Assembly: GCA_944381495.1 (NCBI GenBank)
Contig: CALWLJ010000008.1
Coordinates: forward strand, 57,842-121,841
Direction of reading: 5' to 3'
Source: an uncultured Mediterraneibacter sp.
Lineage (GTDB): Bacteria > Bacillota > Clostridia > Lachnospirales > Lachnospiraceae
Length of the DNA: 64,000 nucleotides
Each line of letters opens with the position of its first letter. The first letter of the stretch is position 1. Made by a program: the position numbers and the translations under genes. Under the pieces are notes generated by a model, which worked only from the letters and a program-made list of their open reading frames with translations, was not told where the DNA came from and did no database searches. Shown here piece after piece: positions 26,850 to 36,829 of this stretch.

Positions 26850-27506
26850 ATGGAACAGAAGAAATATGAAAGTGATATGAGCCGGAAAGAAAAAAGAGAA
26901 CTTGAAAAAAGCTATTTCAGGGGAATGAGTGTACGGCAGAAAGCAGAACATGTTATTGCCTACTATAAAACTCATATCATGCTTCTGTTCCTGACTCTGC
27001 TCGTCATTATTTTCGGAATATATTTTGTGTACAGGACCCAGGTGGATATCCTTCTGAATGTAGTGTTTATCGATTCGATGGACGGCGACCAGAAGACGAT
27101 GGAATCTGATTTCAAGGAGTATATGGGAGACAGCAGCGCTCTCCATGAGATATTTGTAGACGATACCATACTCTTTACCGGATCGGCGCTCTCTGACAGC
27201 TATAAGGAGATAAAACTGTCCTCTTTTATACAGAACAAACTGCCGGATGTCATGATCATGGATGAGAAATATTACGGCCAGTATAAGGAGTCGGGAATGC
27301 TTCAGCCGTTTATAAAGGTCATGTCAGAGGAGGAACAGGAGACTCTCGGTATCCGGGCGGAGGACGGCTACGGAGTCATGATGACCGGGAATCAGAAACT
27401 GGAAGAGTACGGATTTTTAATAGACGGGGACAGCTATCTTGTGGTGATGCAGGATGCCGCCCATCCGGAAGAAGCGAAGGATTTTATCGAGTTCCTGTGC
27501 GGATAA
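26850..27506 (+). CDS. Membrane-anchored hypothetical protein with partial SBP-like motifs
   Basis: Good RBS, a single TM (about aa 43-60) after YYKTH, and a soluble domain containing KLPDVMIMD and HPEEAKDFIEFL. Confidence 0.8.
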   Translation: MEQKKYESDMSRKEKRELEKSYFRGMSVRQKAEHVIAYYKTHIMLLFLTLLVIIFGIYFVYRTQVDILLNVVFIDSMDGDQKTMESDFKEYMGDSSALHEIFVDDTILFTGSALSDSYKEIKLSSFIQNKLPDVMIMDEKYYGQYKESGMLQPFIKVMSEEEQETLGIRAEDGYGVMMTGNQKLEEYGFLIDGDSYLVVMQDAAHPEEAKDFIEFLCG

Positions 27507-27573
27507 GGATTAAGAAATAAAACAGCTGACGGCGGTCTTTCACGGAATATCCGCCGTCAGAAAAGGAGTTTAT

Positions 27574-29865
27574 ATGAATAACAGTACAGGATCCTATGTT
27601 TTGGAAAAAACAGGATTTGAAAAAGACAATGAAGAATTGCTGATCAATGAGACGCTGTTCCACAATGCCAACGGTTATCAGGGAGTGAGGGGGAATTTTG
27701 AAGAAGGATATCCGGAGGGATACGACACGATCCGGGGACAGTATATCAATGGATTTTATAATTCCTACAAGATCAGCACCGAAGAATGGCACATCGGCTT
27801 TATTCAGGAAAAACATTCCATGGTCAATGTTTTTGACACTCAGTCCGTAAAAATATGGATCGAAGGAGAAGAACTGGACCTGTTCACGGGCAATGTGACA
27901 GAATACCGCAGAACGCTGGATATGAAAAAGGGGATTACCTCAAGATCATTTGTATGGGAGTCGCCGGCTGGAAGAAAAGTAAGCGTTCGGATCGAGAGGA
28001 TGGCGTCTTTTGAAATGCTTCCTCTTTTCCTGATCAGATACCGGATCTGTCCGCTGAATTTCTCCGGAACAGTGAAAATGGAATCTGTCCAGTCAGGCGA
28101 TGTGTATAACTATTTTAACCAAAAGGATTCCAGGGTTGCCGGAGAGAAGAGGATACATATGCGTGTGAAAGATGTTGAGGCGGACGGCACAACAGGCATC
28201 CTTGTATCGGAGACGGTAAGGTCAGGTCTGGAAGCCGCATGCGCGGTCAGCCATGTCTTTTCCGGTCCGGTCTCCCAGACTCTGGTATGTGATGAAAAGA
28301 GCATTACAGACAGGATCGAGTTCGGAGCTGAAGAAGGAAAATGGAGCTGCGCGGAAAAGTACAGTATTCTCTGTGATTCCCTGAGATACGCTGATGTAAA
28401 GGAAGAGGCTCTGAGGCTTCTGGATCTGGCAGTGGAAAAAGGCTCCGGATACTGGTACGGGAAACAGGAGGAATTCCTTGAGAAATTCTGGGAAGGATGC
28501 GCGATCGAGATCAGCGGAGATGAAGAGCTGAACCTGTCTCTCCATTTCAGTCAGTACGGTCTCCTGCAGTCGGCTGGGCTTGACGGAGTCAGCAATATCG
28601 GCGCAAAAGGATTGAGCGGTGAAGGATATGAGGGACATTATTTCTGGGATACGGAGATGTATATGCTCCCGTTCTTCTCCCTGACCCAGCCGGAAGTAGC
28701 GAGAAAACTGCTCGGTTACCGGTATCATATCCTGGATCAGGCAAGGGAGAATGCCGTGAAAATGGGACATCCGAAAGGAGCGCTGTTCCCGTGGAGGACT
28801 ATTAACGGAAAAGAATGCTCCTATTATTACCCGTCGGGCGGAGCCCAGTATCACATAATCGGAGACATTACATACGGGATCATCCAGTATTATCTAATCA
28901 CAGGAGACTGGGATTATATCGTGGAGCAGGGCGCCGAGATCGTTATGGAGACAGCCCGGATATGGTACGATCTGGGAAACTTTTACAAAGGAAAGTTCCA
29001 CATTCATGATGTGACCGGTCCGGACGAGTATACCTGTGTCGTAAATAACAATTACTATACGAATCTGACGGCCAAACACAACCTGATCTGGGCGGCAAAA
29101 CTGTATGAAAAACTGAAAGAGAAAGGACAGCTGGAAAAGCTGCAGGATAAGATCGGCATTACAGAATCGGAGATCACAGGATTTAAGACGGCAGCGGAGG
29201 CCATGTATCTTCCTTACGATGAAGAACTTGATATCAATCCTCAGGACGACAGCTTCCTGTCCAAAAAGGTGTGGGATATGGCATCCATACCGGAAGGAGC
29301 CGGCCCGCTGATGCAAAGAAATTTCCTGTATCATATCTACCGTTATCAGGTATGCAAACAGGCGGATACCGTACTTGCTCATTTCCTGTTTGAGGATGAG
29401 CAGGAGTTGTCTACGATCAGAAACTCTTTTGAGTATTATGAAAAGATCACTACTCATGATTCTTCGCTGTCGAGATGCATATTCAGTATTATAGCGGCGA
29501 AGCTGGGAGAAAAAGAAAAGGCATATCAGTATTTTGATTTCTCTTCCAAAACAGATATCAATAATTCACAGAAAAATACGAAGGACGGCATACACACCGC
29601 AAATATGGGCGGGACTTATATGGCTGTCGTATATGGATTCTTAGGTCTGCGAGTAAAGGAAGGCGGCTTCTTCTTCCGTCCGATCCTGCCGGACGAATGG
29701 AACGGCATCCGGCTGGATCTGTGCCTAAGAGGCAGCCGGATCGAGATAAATGCTGACAGGGATCAATGCAGATTCAGCCTGAAAAAAGGCGATCCTGTTG
29801 AGATCCACGTATATGATGAAGTGTATGAGCTGTCAGATGAGATCACAGTCGAAATGAGAGGTTAG
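27574..29865 (+). CDS. Glycoside hydrolase family 65 (alpha-glucoside phosphorylase)
   Basis: NGYQGVRG, GEGYEGHYFWDTE, GPDEY, VCKQAD and HDSSLS motifs. Confidence 0.93.
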   Translation: MNNSTGSYVLEKTGFEKDNEELLINETLFHNANGYQGVRGNFEEGYPEGYDTIRGQYINGFYNSYKISTEEWHIGFIQEKHSMVNVFDTQSVKIWIEGEELDLFTGNVTEYRRTLDMKKGITSRSFVWESPAGRKVSVRIERMASFEMLPLFLIRYRICPLNFSGTVKMESVQSGDVYNYFNQKDSRVAGEKRIHMRVKDVEADGTTGILVSETVRSGLEAACAVSHVFSGPVSQTLVCDEKSITDRIEFGAEEGKWSCAEKYSILCDSLRYADVKEEALRLLDLAVEKGSGYWYGKQEEFLEKFWEGCAIEISGDEELNLSLHFSQYGLLQSAGLDGVSNIGAKGLSGEGYEGHYFWDTEMYMLPFFSLTQPEVARKLLGYRYHILDQARENAVKMGHPKGALFPWRTINGKECSYYYPSGGAQYHIIGDITYGIIQYYLITGDWDYIVEQGAEIVMETARIWYDLGNFYKGKFHIHDVTGPDEYTCVVNNNYYTNLTAKHNLIWAAKLYEKLKEKGQLEKLQDKIGITESEITGFKTAAEAMYLPYDEELDINPQDDSFLSKKVWDMASIPEGAGPLMQRNFLYHIYRYQVCKQADTVLAHFLFEDEQELSTIRNSFEYYEKITTHDSSLSRCIFSIIAAKLGEKEKAYQYFDFSSKTDINNSQKNTKDGIHTANMGGTYMAVVYGFLGLRVKEGGFFFRPILPDEWNGIRLDLCLRGSRIEINADRDQCRFSLKKGDPVEIHVYDEVYELSDEITVEMRG

Positions 29866-29868
29866 AAA

Positions 29869-30519
29869 ATGGAAAATAAGAAATACAGTTGTGCCATATT
29901 TGATCTGGACGGTGTTCTGGTGGATACGGCAAAGTACCATTATCTTGCATGGAAGAGTCTGGCGGATGAACTGGGATTTGACTTTACCATTGAGCAGAAC
30001 GAGGCCCTGAAAGGCGTCTCCAGAATGAAATCTCTGGATCTTCTGCTTGGATTCGGCGGATTATCCGACAGGTTTTCACAGGAAGAAAAGGAAAAGATGG
30101 CGGATAAGAAAAACAGGATCTATGTGGAAATGATCAAAAAGCTTAAGAAGGAAGAACTGTTCGGCGGAGTGACAGATCTTTTTGTAAAACTAAAAGAAAA
30201 GAATATGAAGACCGCCCTTGGTTCCGCCAGCAAAAACGCGCCGCTGATCCTGGAACGTCTGGATATCGCGAAATATTTTGACGCGGTGGTTGACGGAACA
30301 CAGGTTTCGAAGGCAAAACCGGATCCGGAGGTATTCGTAAGGGCGGCGGAGATCCTTCATATACCCTGTAAGGAATGTATCGTGTTCGAGGATTCCGCGG
30401 CAGGTCTTCAGGCGGCAAAAACAGCGGGGATGAAGGCGGTAGGGATCGGGAAAAAAGAGAATCTCCCCATGGCTGATCTTGTGATCGGGTCGGTGGATCA
30501 GTACATCCCGTATCTGTAA
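29869..30519 (+). CDS. pgmB: Beta-phosphoglucomutase
   Basis: HAD motif FDLDGVLVDTA, ASASKNA-like GSASKNA and KPDPEVF; adjacent to GH65. Confidence 0.9.
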   Translation: MENKKYSCAIFDLDGVLVDTAKYHYLAWKSLADELGFDFTIEQNEALKGVSRMKSLDLLLGFGGLSDRFSQEEKEKMADKKNRIYVEMIKKLKKEELFGGVTDLFVKLKEKNMKTALGSASKNAPLILERLDIAKYFDAVVDGTQVSKAKPDPEVFVRAAEILHIPCKECIVFEDSAAGLQAAKTAGMKAVGIGKKENLPMADLVIGSVDQYIPYL

Positions 30520-30563
30520 GAAGATGAAAATGTGACAGAGGATCAAGAGCGGAAAAGAAATGG

Positions 30564-30602
30564 AAAAGGGAATGACGCCCGCAGGGAGCGCCATTCCCTT
30601 TC
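30564..30602. terminator. Bidirectional terminator between pgmB and the response regulator
   Basis: AAAAGGGAATGACGC...GCGCCATTCCCTTTT. Confidence 0.75.
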
Positions 30603-30604
30603 TG

Positions 30605-32161
30605 TTATTTCTGAGGATCCTCCGATGAGCTGTCAGGTTCTGATTTCATTTTCTGTATATACTCTTTCGGGGACATGTGGGTATATTTCTTAAACAGATG
30701 ACTGAAATATTGAGGATTGTTGCCGCATCCGACCTGTTCCGCCACACTATAGATCTTCTCATTGCCGCTGCTCAGAAGAAGCTCTTTGGCCTTTTTGATC
30801 CTGAGTTCATTCAGATAGGCGGAGAAACGGATGCCGGTCTGCAGAACAAACTGCCTGCTGACATAATCTACATTCATGTATAAATGATTTTCCGCGATCC
30901 ATTTCAGAGTCAGTTCCGGGGAGCTGAGATGTTCGTTTGTGTAAGCAAGGATCTCCTGGATAAATGATTTGTAAGGCTTGTTTTCATTTGTATGCGTCAT
31001 ACATGCCATCCGGAGCTTTCCGATCACAAAATCGCATATTTCATCCGGATCATCCATTTTATCCAGAGTCATCATAAAACCTGTGATATCGTTCATCGTG
31101 TAAAAACTGCTCAAGTGCAGAGTCTGCAGCAGGAGACTTCCGGAAACAGACCGGAGAAACTCGATCCCGGATGCGGAACGCAGAAGCTTTCTCAGGGCTT
31201 CCAGTCTGTCTGACAGGCTGTTCTCATCCCCGGTATGGAAGAGCTCATCCGCCATGGCCGTTATCTCAAGGATCATGGAATCATAATTGCATACAGAGAT
31301 CTGCTGAGTGCTGGAAAACAGCCGGATCGAGGCGTAGCGTCTGACCTTCTTCTGAAGTGTGCCAAGCATGTCTGTCAGATTGGGATAATACTCGCGTTTA
31401 TAGCTCTGCGGAGAATCATCCGTCAGCATGGGAATATTTTTCAGCAGTAGAGAATCAATTTCCTCAAAATCAGTTCCGCTGTCATCGCGGAAGAAGAACA
31501 GCAGTGTATTTGTTACATATACAAAAGTATAGATATACGGTATCCGACCGGAATCCATCATGCCGCGTATCCGGGCAAGGCATTCCTGCAGCACGGATTC
31601 TTCGATAAAGAACAGGTAATACAGCTGGTACCCTGTGTAGTAGAAATCAATATGTGTCTCATAAGTGTCCGCAATCTGTCTGAGAGGCTGGCCGGAAGAC
31701 AGGACATGCAGGAGCATATCATATGTGATCGTCTCATAAAAATACTGCGACTGAGGATCATGATAAAGATCCCGGACTCGGATCTTCTGATAATGGTCTC
31801 TGACTGCTTCTTTGACAGCAGTGATGATCTCATCCTCGCTGCACGGTTTCAGGATATAATGTCTGATCCCGTAGCTCATGGCCTCCTTGGCGTAAGAAAA
31901 ATCATTGTATCCGGAAAGAATGATAAACTGGATGTTATCGTGGTTCTGAGTGATCTTCCGTATCAGTTCAAGACCGGAAAGCCTGGGCATCTGTATGTCG
32001 GTAAGGACGATATCCGGATATTTATCCAAAATGGCGTCATATGCCTCAAGTCCGTCCCTGCATACTCCTATGACCTCGATGTTCATACTTTTCCAGTCGA
32101 TCAGCGTACTTATAGTTTCACGTATGATCTTTTCATCATCTGCAATTAATAATCTCAGCAT
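30605..32161 (-). CDS. YesN/AraC-type two-component response regulator
   Basis: Receiver domain (IADDE, TDIQMP, YILKP) and a C-terminal AraC HTH (QYFSHLFKKYT). Confidence 0.93.
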   Translation of the reverse strand: MLRLLIADDEKIIRETISTLIDWKSMNIEVIGVCRDGLEAYDAILDKYPDIVLTDIQMPRLSGLELIRKITQNHDNIQFIILSGYNDFSYAKEAMSYGIRHYILKPCSEDEIITAVKEAVRDHYQKIRVRDLYHDPQSQYFYETITYDMLLHVLSSGQPLRQIADTYETHIDFYYTGYQLYYLFFIEESVLQECLARIRGMMDSGRIPYIYTFVYVTNTLLFFFRDDSGTDFEEIDSLLLKNIPMLTDDSPQSYKREYYPNLTDMLGTLQKKVRRYASIRLFSSTQQISVCNYDSMILEITAMADELFHTGDENSLSDRLEALRKLLRSASGIEFLRSVSGSLLLQTLHLSSFYTMNDITGFMMTLDKMDDPDEICDFVIGKLRMACMTHTNENKPYKSFIQEILAYTNEHLSSPELTLKWIAENHLYMNVDYVSRQFVLQTGIRFSAYLNELRIKKAKELLLSSGNEKIYSVAEQVGCGNNPQYFSHLFKKYTHMSPKEYIQKMKSEPDSSSEDPQK

Positions 32162-33957
32162 TTTAATTCTCCTGTTCTGTTACTGATCCCGGAAGGGGGC
32201 TCCGGTTTTCCCGTTCGGAACGGGATCGTGATATTTACGATTGCCTGATCATCCACATTTGTAAACTCTATAGAGTAGTCGCTGCCATACGCCAGCTCCA
32301 GACGGCTGTTTACATTGAGAACACCTATGCCGAAGCCATGGGGAAGGATCTCTTTTGACATCAGCTTTTCCAGAAAATGATCTTCGAAAGAGGAGCCTGT
32401 GTTGGCAACACGGATCGTCAGTTTTCCATCACTCACAGAAGCTGTCACACGGATATGGCAGCCGTCTTCGCCTTCCTCAAGCCCATAGCGTATGGCATTT
32501 TCAACAAGAGGCTGAAGAGTAAACTTGGGAAGATAAGCGCGCATGCAGTCTTCAGGAATGTCGGTTTCATAGGAAAGATCTTCATCAAACCGGAGTTCCT
32601 GGATGTTGATATAATACTGCACCAGCTCCAGTTCCTGCCCGAGAGAAGAGTCTTCATTGTTCTTGCTGAGCGTGATGCGGAGAAATTTGCCCAGTGATTC
32701 CGTCATAGTGGATATCTGGCTATCATGCAGCATCTTGGCCCGCCAGTTTATAGTCTGGAGCGTATTGTACAGAAAATGCGGATTGATCTGCATCTCCAGA
32801 GCTTTGAGCTGTGCTTCTTTTGCCTGAAGCCTGGACTCGTAGTTCTCCTTGATGAGAGTACGGATACTTTCCGCCATAGAGTCAAACTGCTGGTGGATAA
32901 GCCCGATCTCATCATGCCGGTCCGCATAGGAATCCGGGGTTTTGGGAACAGAAAGATCTCCGTTCCCAAACATCTGTATTTTTTGGGTCAGTTTATCAAA
33001 ATCATCGTTCAGCGGTCTCATCATCAATTTCATGAGCCATACGCTGACCAGTATGCTTATGATGATGACTACAAAGAACAGTCTCTGGATCACCCGGATA
33101 TTCCTGTACATGCTGTTATATGAAGCCAGACAGTAATAATCCCATCCCGTTGTGATGATCTGTCCCTTGACGATGAGGTATTTCTGTCCGTTGATATCTC
33201 TGATGTCATAGGACGCGGGCGAGATGCCGCTCAGTTCTTTCTGGTTCAGCCCTTCCAGATTATCAGACAGATAGAGATTCTTATCCTCAGAATACAGTGC
33301 GTAAGATATCGGGAAGGCAGAGTTGGCATAGGAGATGTCTTCGTGCAGCCCGTTCATATCTACGCTGATGATCAGTACGCCCAGATTATCAAGAGAAAGA
33401 TTTTCCGTGCGCTTCAGCTCTCTGACAAGAAAGATGCCGTAGGAGCCGCTGAAATCCGTAACCCACGAAAGATGTCCGTCCTGTTCCTCAGCCCGGCTGA
33501 TCAGCATACGCTGGATCTCGGAAGGGATCACGCGTGAATTTGAGGCGGAAGCCATTGCGGTAAAATCCTCATTGACGATCTGGACATAGTTCACATGATT
33601 TGCCTTGTATCTCTGATAATAGGAATTGACCGCTGTATAAATGGAAGAGTGCGCGTTCTGAAGAGCCGCGGCGTCTGTTGTGTTTCTGCATTGGTACAAT
33701 GCGTTCTGGATCGTTTCATCCTGAAGAATAGAATCACCCATTTTCTCCAGAGCATCCAGATCCTGCGAGATGTCTTCGGATGCGGACGAGAGCATACGGC
33801 TGGATGTCTGATACAGCTGTCCGTTATTGGAAGAGATGATCATCAGATACCCGGCGTAGAGCAGCAGTGAGGAGACAAGGATCGTAAAGAACAGGATGAT
33901 CAGTATTTTCTTTGATAAAGGGATATTCTTAAATTTTTCATAAAGTATATTTTTCAT
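32155..33957 (-). CDS. YesM/LytS-type sensor histidine kinase
   Basis: Two TMs, HAMP (DEIG), QINPHFLYNTL and PLVENAIRYG. Confidence 0.94.
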   Translation of the reverse strand: MKNILYEKFKNIPLSKKILIILFFTILVSSLLLYAGYLMIISSNNGQLYQTSSRMLSSASEDISQDLDALEKMGDSILQDETIQNALYQCRNTTDAAALQNAHSSIYTAVNSYYQRYKANHVNYVQIVNEDFTAMASASNSRVIPSEIQRMLISRAEEQDGHLSWVTDFSGSYGIFLVRELKRTENLSLDNLGVLIISVDMNGLHEDISYANSAFPISYALYSEDKNLYLSDNLEGLNQKELSGISPASYDIRDINGQKYLIVKGQIITTGWDYYCLASYNSMYRNIRVIQRLFFVVIIISILVSVWLMKLMMRPLNDDFDKLTQKIQMFGNGDLSVPKTPDSYADRHDEIGLIHQQFDSMAESIRTLIKENYESRLQAKEAQLKALEMQINPHFLYNTLQTINWRAKMLHDSQISTMTESLGKFLRITLSKNNEDSSLGQELELVQYYINIQELRFDEDLSYETDIPEDCMRAYLPKFTLQPLVENAIRYGLEEGEDGCHIRVTASVSDGKLTIRVANTGSSFEDHFLEKLMSKEILPHGFGIGVLNVNSRLELAYGSDYSIEFTNVDDQAIVNITIPFRTGKPEPPSGISNRTGELKC

Positions 33958-34162
33958 GGGAACACCTCTGTGATAATTCTATTAATTTAGCAGATTTTCC
34001 GGGAAAAATCTATCTGTTCGGGAAAAATCCACGTTTATTTAAATATGACGGTCGGTTATGTGTTGGGAAAATAGGTTTTGTGTCTTTTCAATAAAACAGT
34101 GAAACGGTATACTGAAAATTATAAGGATACTATAAAGGATAAAAGAAAGAGGAACGGCGGAT

Positions 34163-35479
34163 ATGAAAGTAAAAAAAGGTTTCTGCCGCGGCATAAAAGC
34201 AGCGGCAGTCATGATCGCTCTTCTTGTGATCTGCGCACTTGCCGGATGCGGAAAAGATCAGGAAGCTGAAATGCAGGACAGCCAGGTAAAGCTGAACATG
34301 ATATGGTGGGGAAATGAAGTACGGGATCTGAGGACGCAGAGAGTTCTTGAACTGTACCAAAAGGAACACGCGGGCGTGACAATCGAGGGAAAAAGTTATC
34401 CCGAGCCGGACTACTGGGAGAAAATGGAGTTCCATGCAGCGGGAAAGACCATGCCGGATCTGGTCCAGATGGGATATGACCAGTTGAATTCCTATGTGGA
34501 GAAAGATATCCTGCTGGATCTGACTCCATATATAGAGAGCGGCGCGCTGGATGTTTCAGATATTCCTGAAGATATACTGGAACTTGGAAGGTCAGGAGAC
34601 GGCATCTATGGGATCGCGGCGGGGATCAATGCCTATTGTCTGTTTTACAACAAGACGGTTACAGATGAATGCGGGATTACAATGAAAGACAATATGACTT
34701 ATGACGAATTTGTGGAAATCGCAAAAGAAGTCACTGAAAAGACTGGTTATAGGGCAAATCTCTGCCCCATTGACGGAAATATCTTTATGACTCAGTGGGC
34801 AAGAGTGGAAGGAATCTCTCTGAACGGTAGTCAGGTGCCTGTCGACAGTGGAAAAGCTTACATTCCTTTTTTTGAAATACTGGAGAAAGGAATAGAAGAG
34901 GGATGGCATCTCAGGCCGGATTATGGGGATATGACCGCAGTTGAAACGGATCCTATGGTATATGGATCTATTCCCAGAACAATGGCCTGGTGTACTGTAC
35001 ACGGAGGTTCTGAGCTGTTGACGGCTTTTCAGGAAGCAGCGCCTAATGGAGTGGAGATCGGGATCACTACGATCCCGACCAGTGATCCCGAGAAGTCCAA
35101 CTTTCTGAACCCGAGCATGTTTTTCAGTGTGAGTGCGGATACGCAGTATCCGGATGAAGCTGTGGCAGTGATCAACTACCTGATCAATTCAACGGATGCA
35201 AATAACATTCTTCTTGGAGAGCGGGGAATACCGGTATCAACCGCTGTACTGGATGAGATCATGGATAAACTGCCGAGAACAGAGCGGGAATCCTTTGAAT
35301 TTGTGACGGACGTGATCGCGCCGAACTGTTCCGAGATCAATCCCGCAAGCCCGGACGGATGGATCGAACTGAACGATACTCTGGAAAAGATACTGGAAAA
35401 GATCGCGTCCGGAGAGATTACGGCAGAAGAGGCGGCAGCGGAATATTACGAGACGGAATTACGGTTATGGGGAGAATAA
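34163..35479 (+). CDS. Orphan extracellular solute-binding lipoprotein (YesO/TogB-like)
   Basis: Lipobox ALAGC and WWGN...R...YWEK...PDLVQM. It is divergent from the kinase and has no adjacent permease. Confidence 0.88.
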   Translation: MKVKKGFCRGIKAAAVMIALLVICALAGCGKDQEAEMQDSQVKLNMIWWGNEVRDLRTQRVLELYQKEHAGVTIEGKSYPEPDYWEKMEFHAAGKTMPDLVQMGYDQLNSYVEKDILLDLTPYIESGALDVSDIPEDILELGRSGDGIYGIAAGINAYCLFYNKTVTDECGITMKDNMTYDEFVEIAKEVTEKTGYRANLCPIDGNIFMTQWARVEGISLNGSQVPVDSGKAYIPFFEILEKGIEEGWHLRPDYGDMTAVETDPMVYGSIPRTMAWCTVHGGSELLTAFQEAAPNGVEIGITTIPTSDPEKSNFLNPSMFFSVSADTQYPDEAVAVINYLINSTDANNILLGERGIPVSTAVLDEIMDKLPRTERESFEFVTDVIAPNCSEINPASPDGWIELNDTLEKILEKIASGEITAEEAAAEYYETELRLWGE

Positions 35480-35579
35480 AGAATTTTTTATTGCCAAAAA
35501 CCGGAATCCATACTATTCTTATATATGAGGGCTATGAGTCCTGAACGTGCATATATTATCGAAGGAGGACGAACAGATT

Positions 35580-36677
35580 ATGGATCTGAATTTAAGAGCA
35601 AAAGAGGACTGTGTATTTGACGCAGTATCACTCGGTGAGGTTATGCTCCGCCTTGATCCGGGCGAGGGAAGAATCCGCACAGCAAGGCAGTTCCGTGCAT
35701 GGGAAGGCGGCGGAGAGTATAATGTAGTCCGTGGCTTAAGAAGATGCTTCGGAATGAAAACTGCTGTCATTACAGCATTTGCAGACAATGAAGTAGGAAA
35801 GTTGATGGAGGATTTCATACTTCAGGGAGGTGTGGACACATCTCTTATCAAATGGGTGAAGACAGACGGAATCGGAAGAATCTGCCGTAACGGTATCAAC
35901 TTTACAGAGAGAGGATTCGGCATCCGTGGAGCAGTAGGATGCTCAGACCGTGCAAATACAGCAATCTCAAAGGCAAAACCGGAAGACTTTGACTTTGATT
36001 ACATTTTCGGAGAACTGGGAGTGCGCTGGCTGCATACAGGCGGTATCTACGCTGCTCTGTCAGAGCAGTCATGCGAGACGGTTCTGGCTGCGATCAAGAC
36101 TGCAAAGAAATACGGAACAGTTGTTTCTTACGACCTGAACTATCGTCCTTCCATGTGGAGCGCTATCGGCGGACAGGAGAAGGCTCAGGAAGTAAATAAA
36201 GAGATCGCAAAATATGTAGACGTTATGATCGGAAACGAGGAAGACTTTACAGCATGCCTGGGATTTGAGATCGAAGGAAACGACGCAGATCTTAAACAGC
36301 TGAACCTGGACGGCTACAAGAAGATGATCAACGAAGCAGCAAAGACATATCCGAACTTCAAGGCAGTGGCAACAACACTCCGTGAAGTAAAAACAGCTAC
36401 AGTAAACGACTGGAGCGCAATCTGCTGGGCAGACGGAGAAATCTACAAGGCAAAGGATTACAAGGGACTGGAGATCATGGACCGTGTAGGCGGTGGAGAT
36501 TCCTTCGCGTCTGGACTGATCTACGGACTGATGACAACAGGCGATGCAGAGCTGGCAGTAAACTACGGTGCTGCACACGGAGCTCTGGCAATGACTACAC
36601 CTGGCGATACAACCATGGCAAGCAAGAAAGAAGTAGAAGCAATCATGGGCGGCGCAGGAGCCAGAGTACAGAGATAA
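35580..36677 (+). CDS. kdgK: PfkB-family kinase, probably 2-keto-3-deoxygluconate kinase
   Basis: GEVMLRLDP, SYDLNYRPSMW and DRVGGGDSFASG. The start is set at ATG 35580 by the AGGAGG RBS. Confidence 0.85.
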   Translation: MDLNLRAKEDCVFDAVSLGEVMLRLDPGEGRIRTARQFRAWEGGGEYNVVRGLRRCFGMKTAVITAFADNEVGKLMEDFILQGGVDTSLIKWVKTDGIGRICRNGINFTERGFGIRGAVGCSDRANTAISKAKPEDFDFDYIFGELGVRWLHTGGIYAALSEQSCETVLAAIKTAKKYGTVVSYDLNYRPSMWSAIGGQEKAQEVNKEIAKYVDVMIGNEEDFTACLGFEIEGNDADLKQLNLDGYKKMINEAAKTYPNFKAVATTLREVKTATVNDWSAICWADGEIYKAKDYKGLEIMDRVGGGDSFASGLIYGLMTTGDAELAVNYGAAHGALAMTTPGDTTMASKKEVEAIMGGAGARVQR

Positions 36678-36703
36678 TTAATGTAGCTGGAAAAAGCTGA
36701 CAG

Positions 36704-36747
36704 ATAAAATGCGGGGCGCAGTTATAAGACTGTGCCCCGTATTTTAT
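36704..36747 (+). terminator. Terminator after kdgK
   Basis: ATAAAATGCGGGGCGCAG / CTGTGCCCCGTATTTTAT. Confidence 0.75.
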
Positions 36748-36829
36748 ATGGCACTGATGCAGTTTGGCGCTGGCATCGCCCGGGATTAATCAGGTGATCA
36801 CTGATATGACGGGATGGAAAGGAGTATTT

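Noticed and set aside
35521-35560. Riboswitch upstream of kdgK
   Set aside because: A small nested hairpin (ATATATG...CATATAT) without the conserved nucleotides of any riboswitch class I know.
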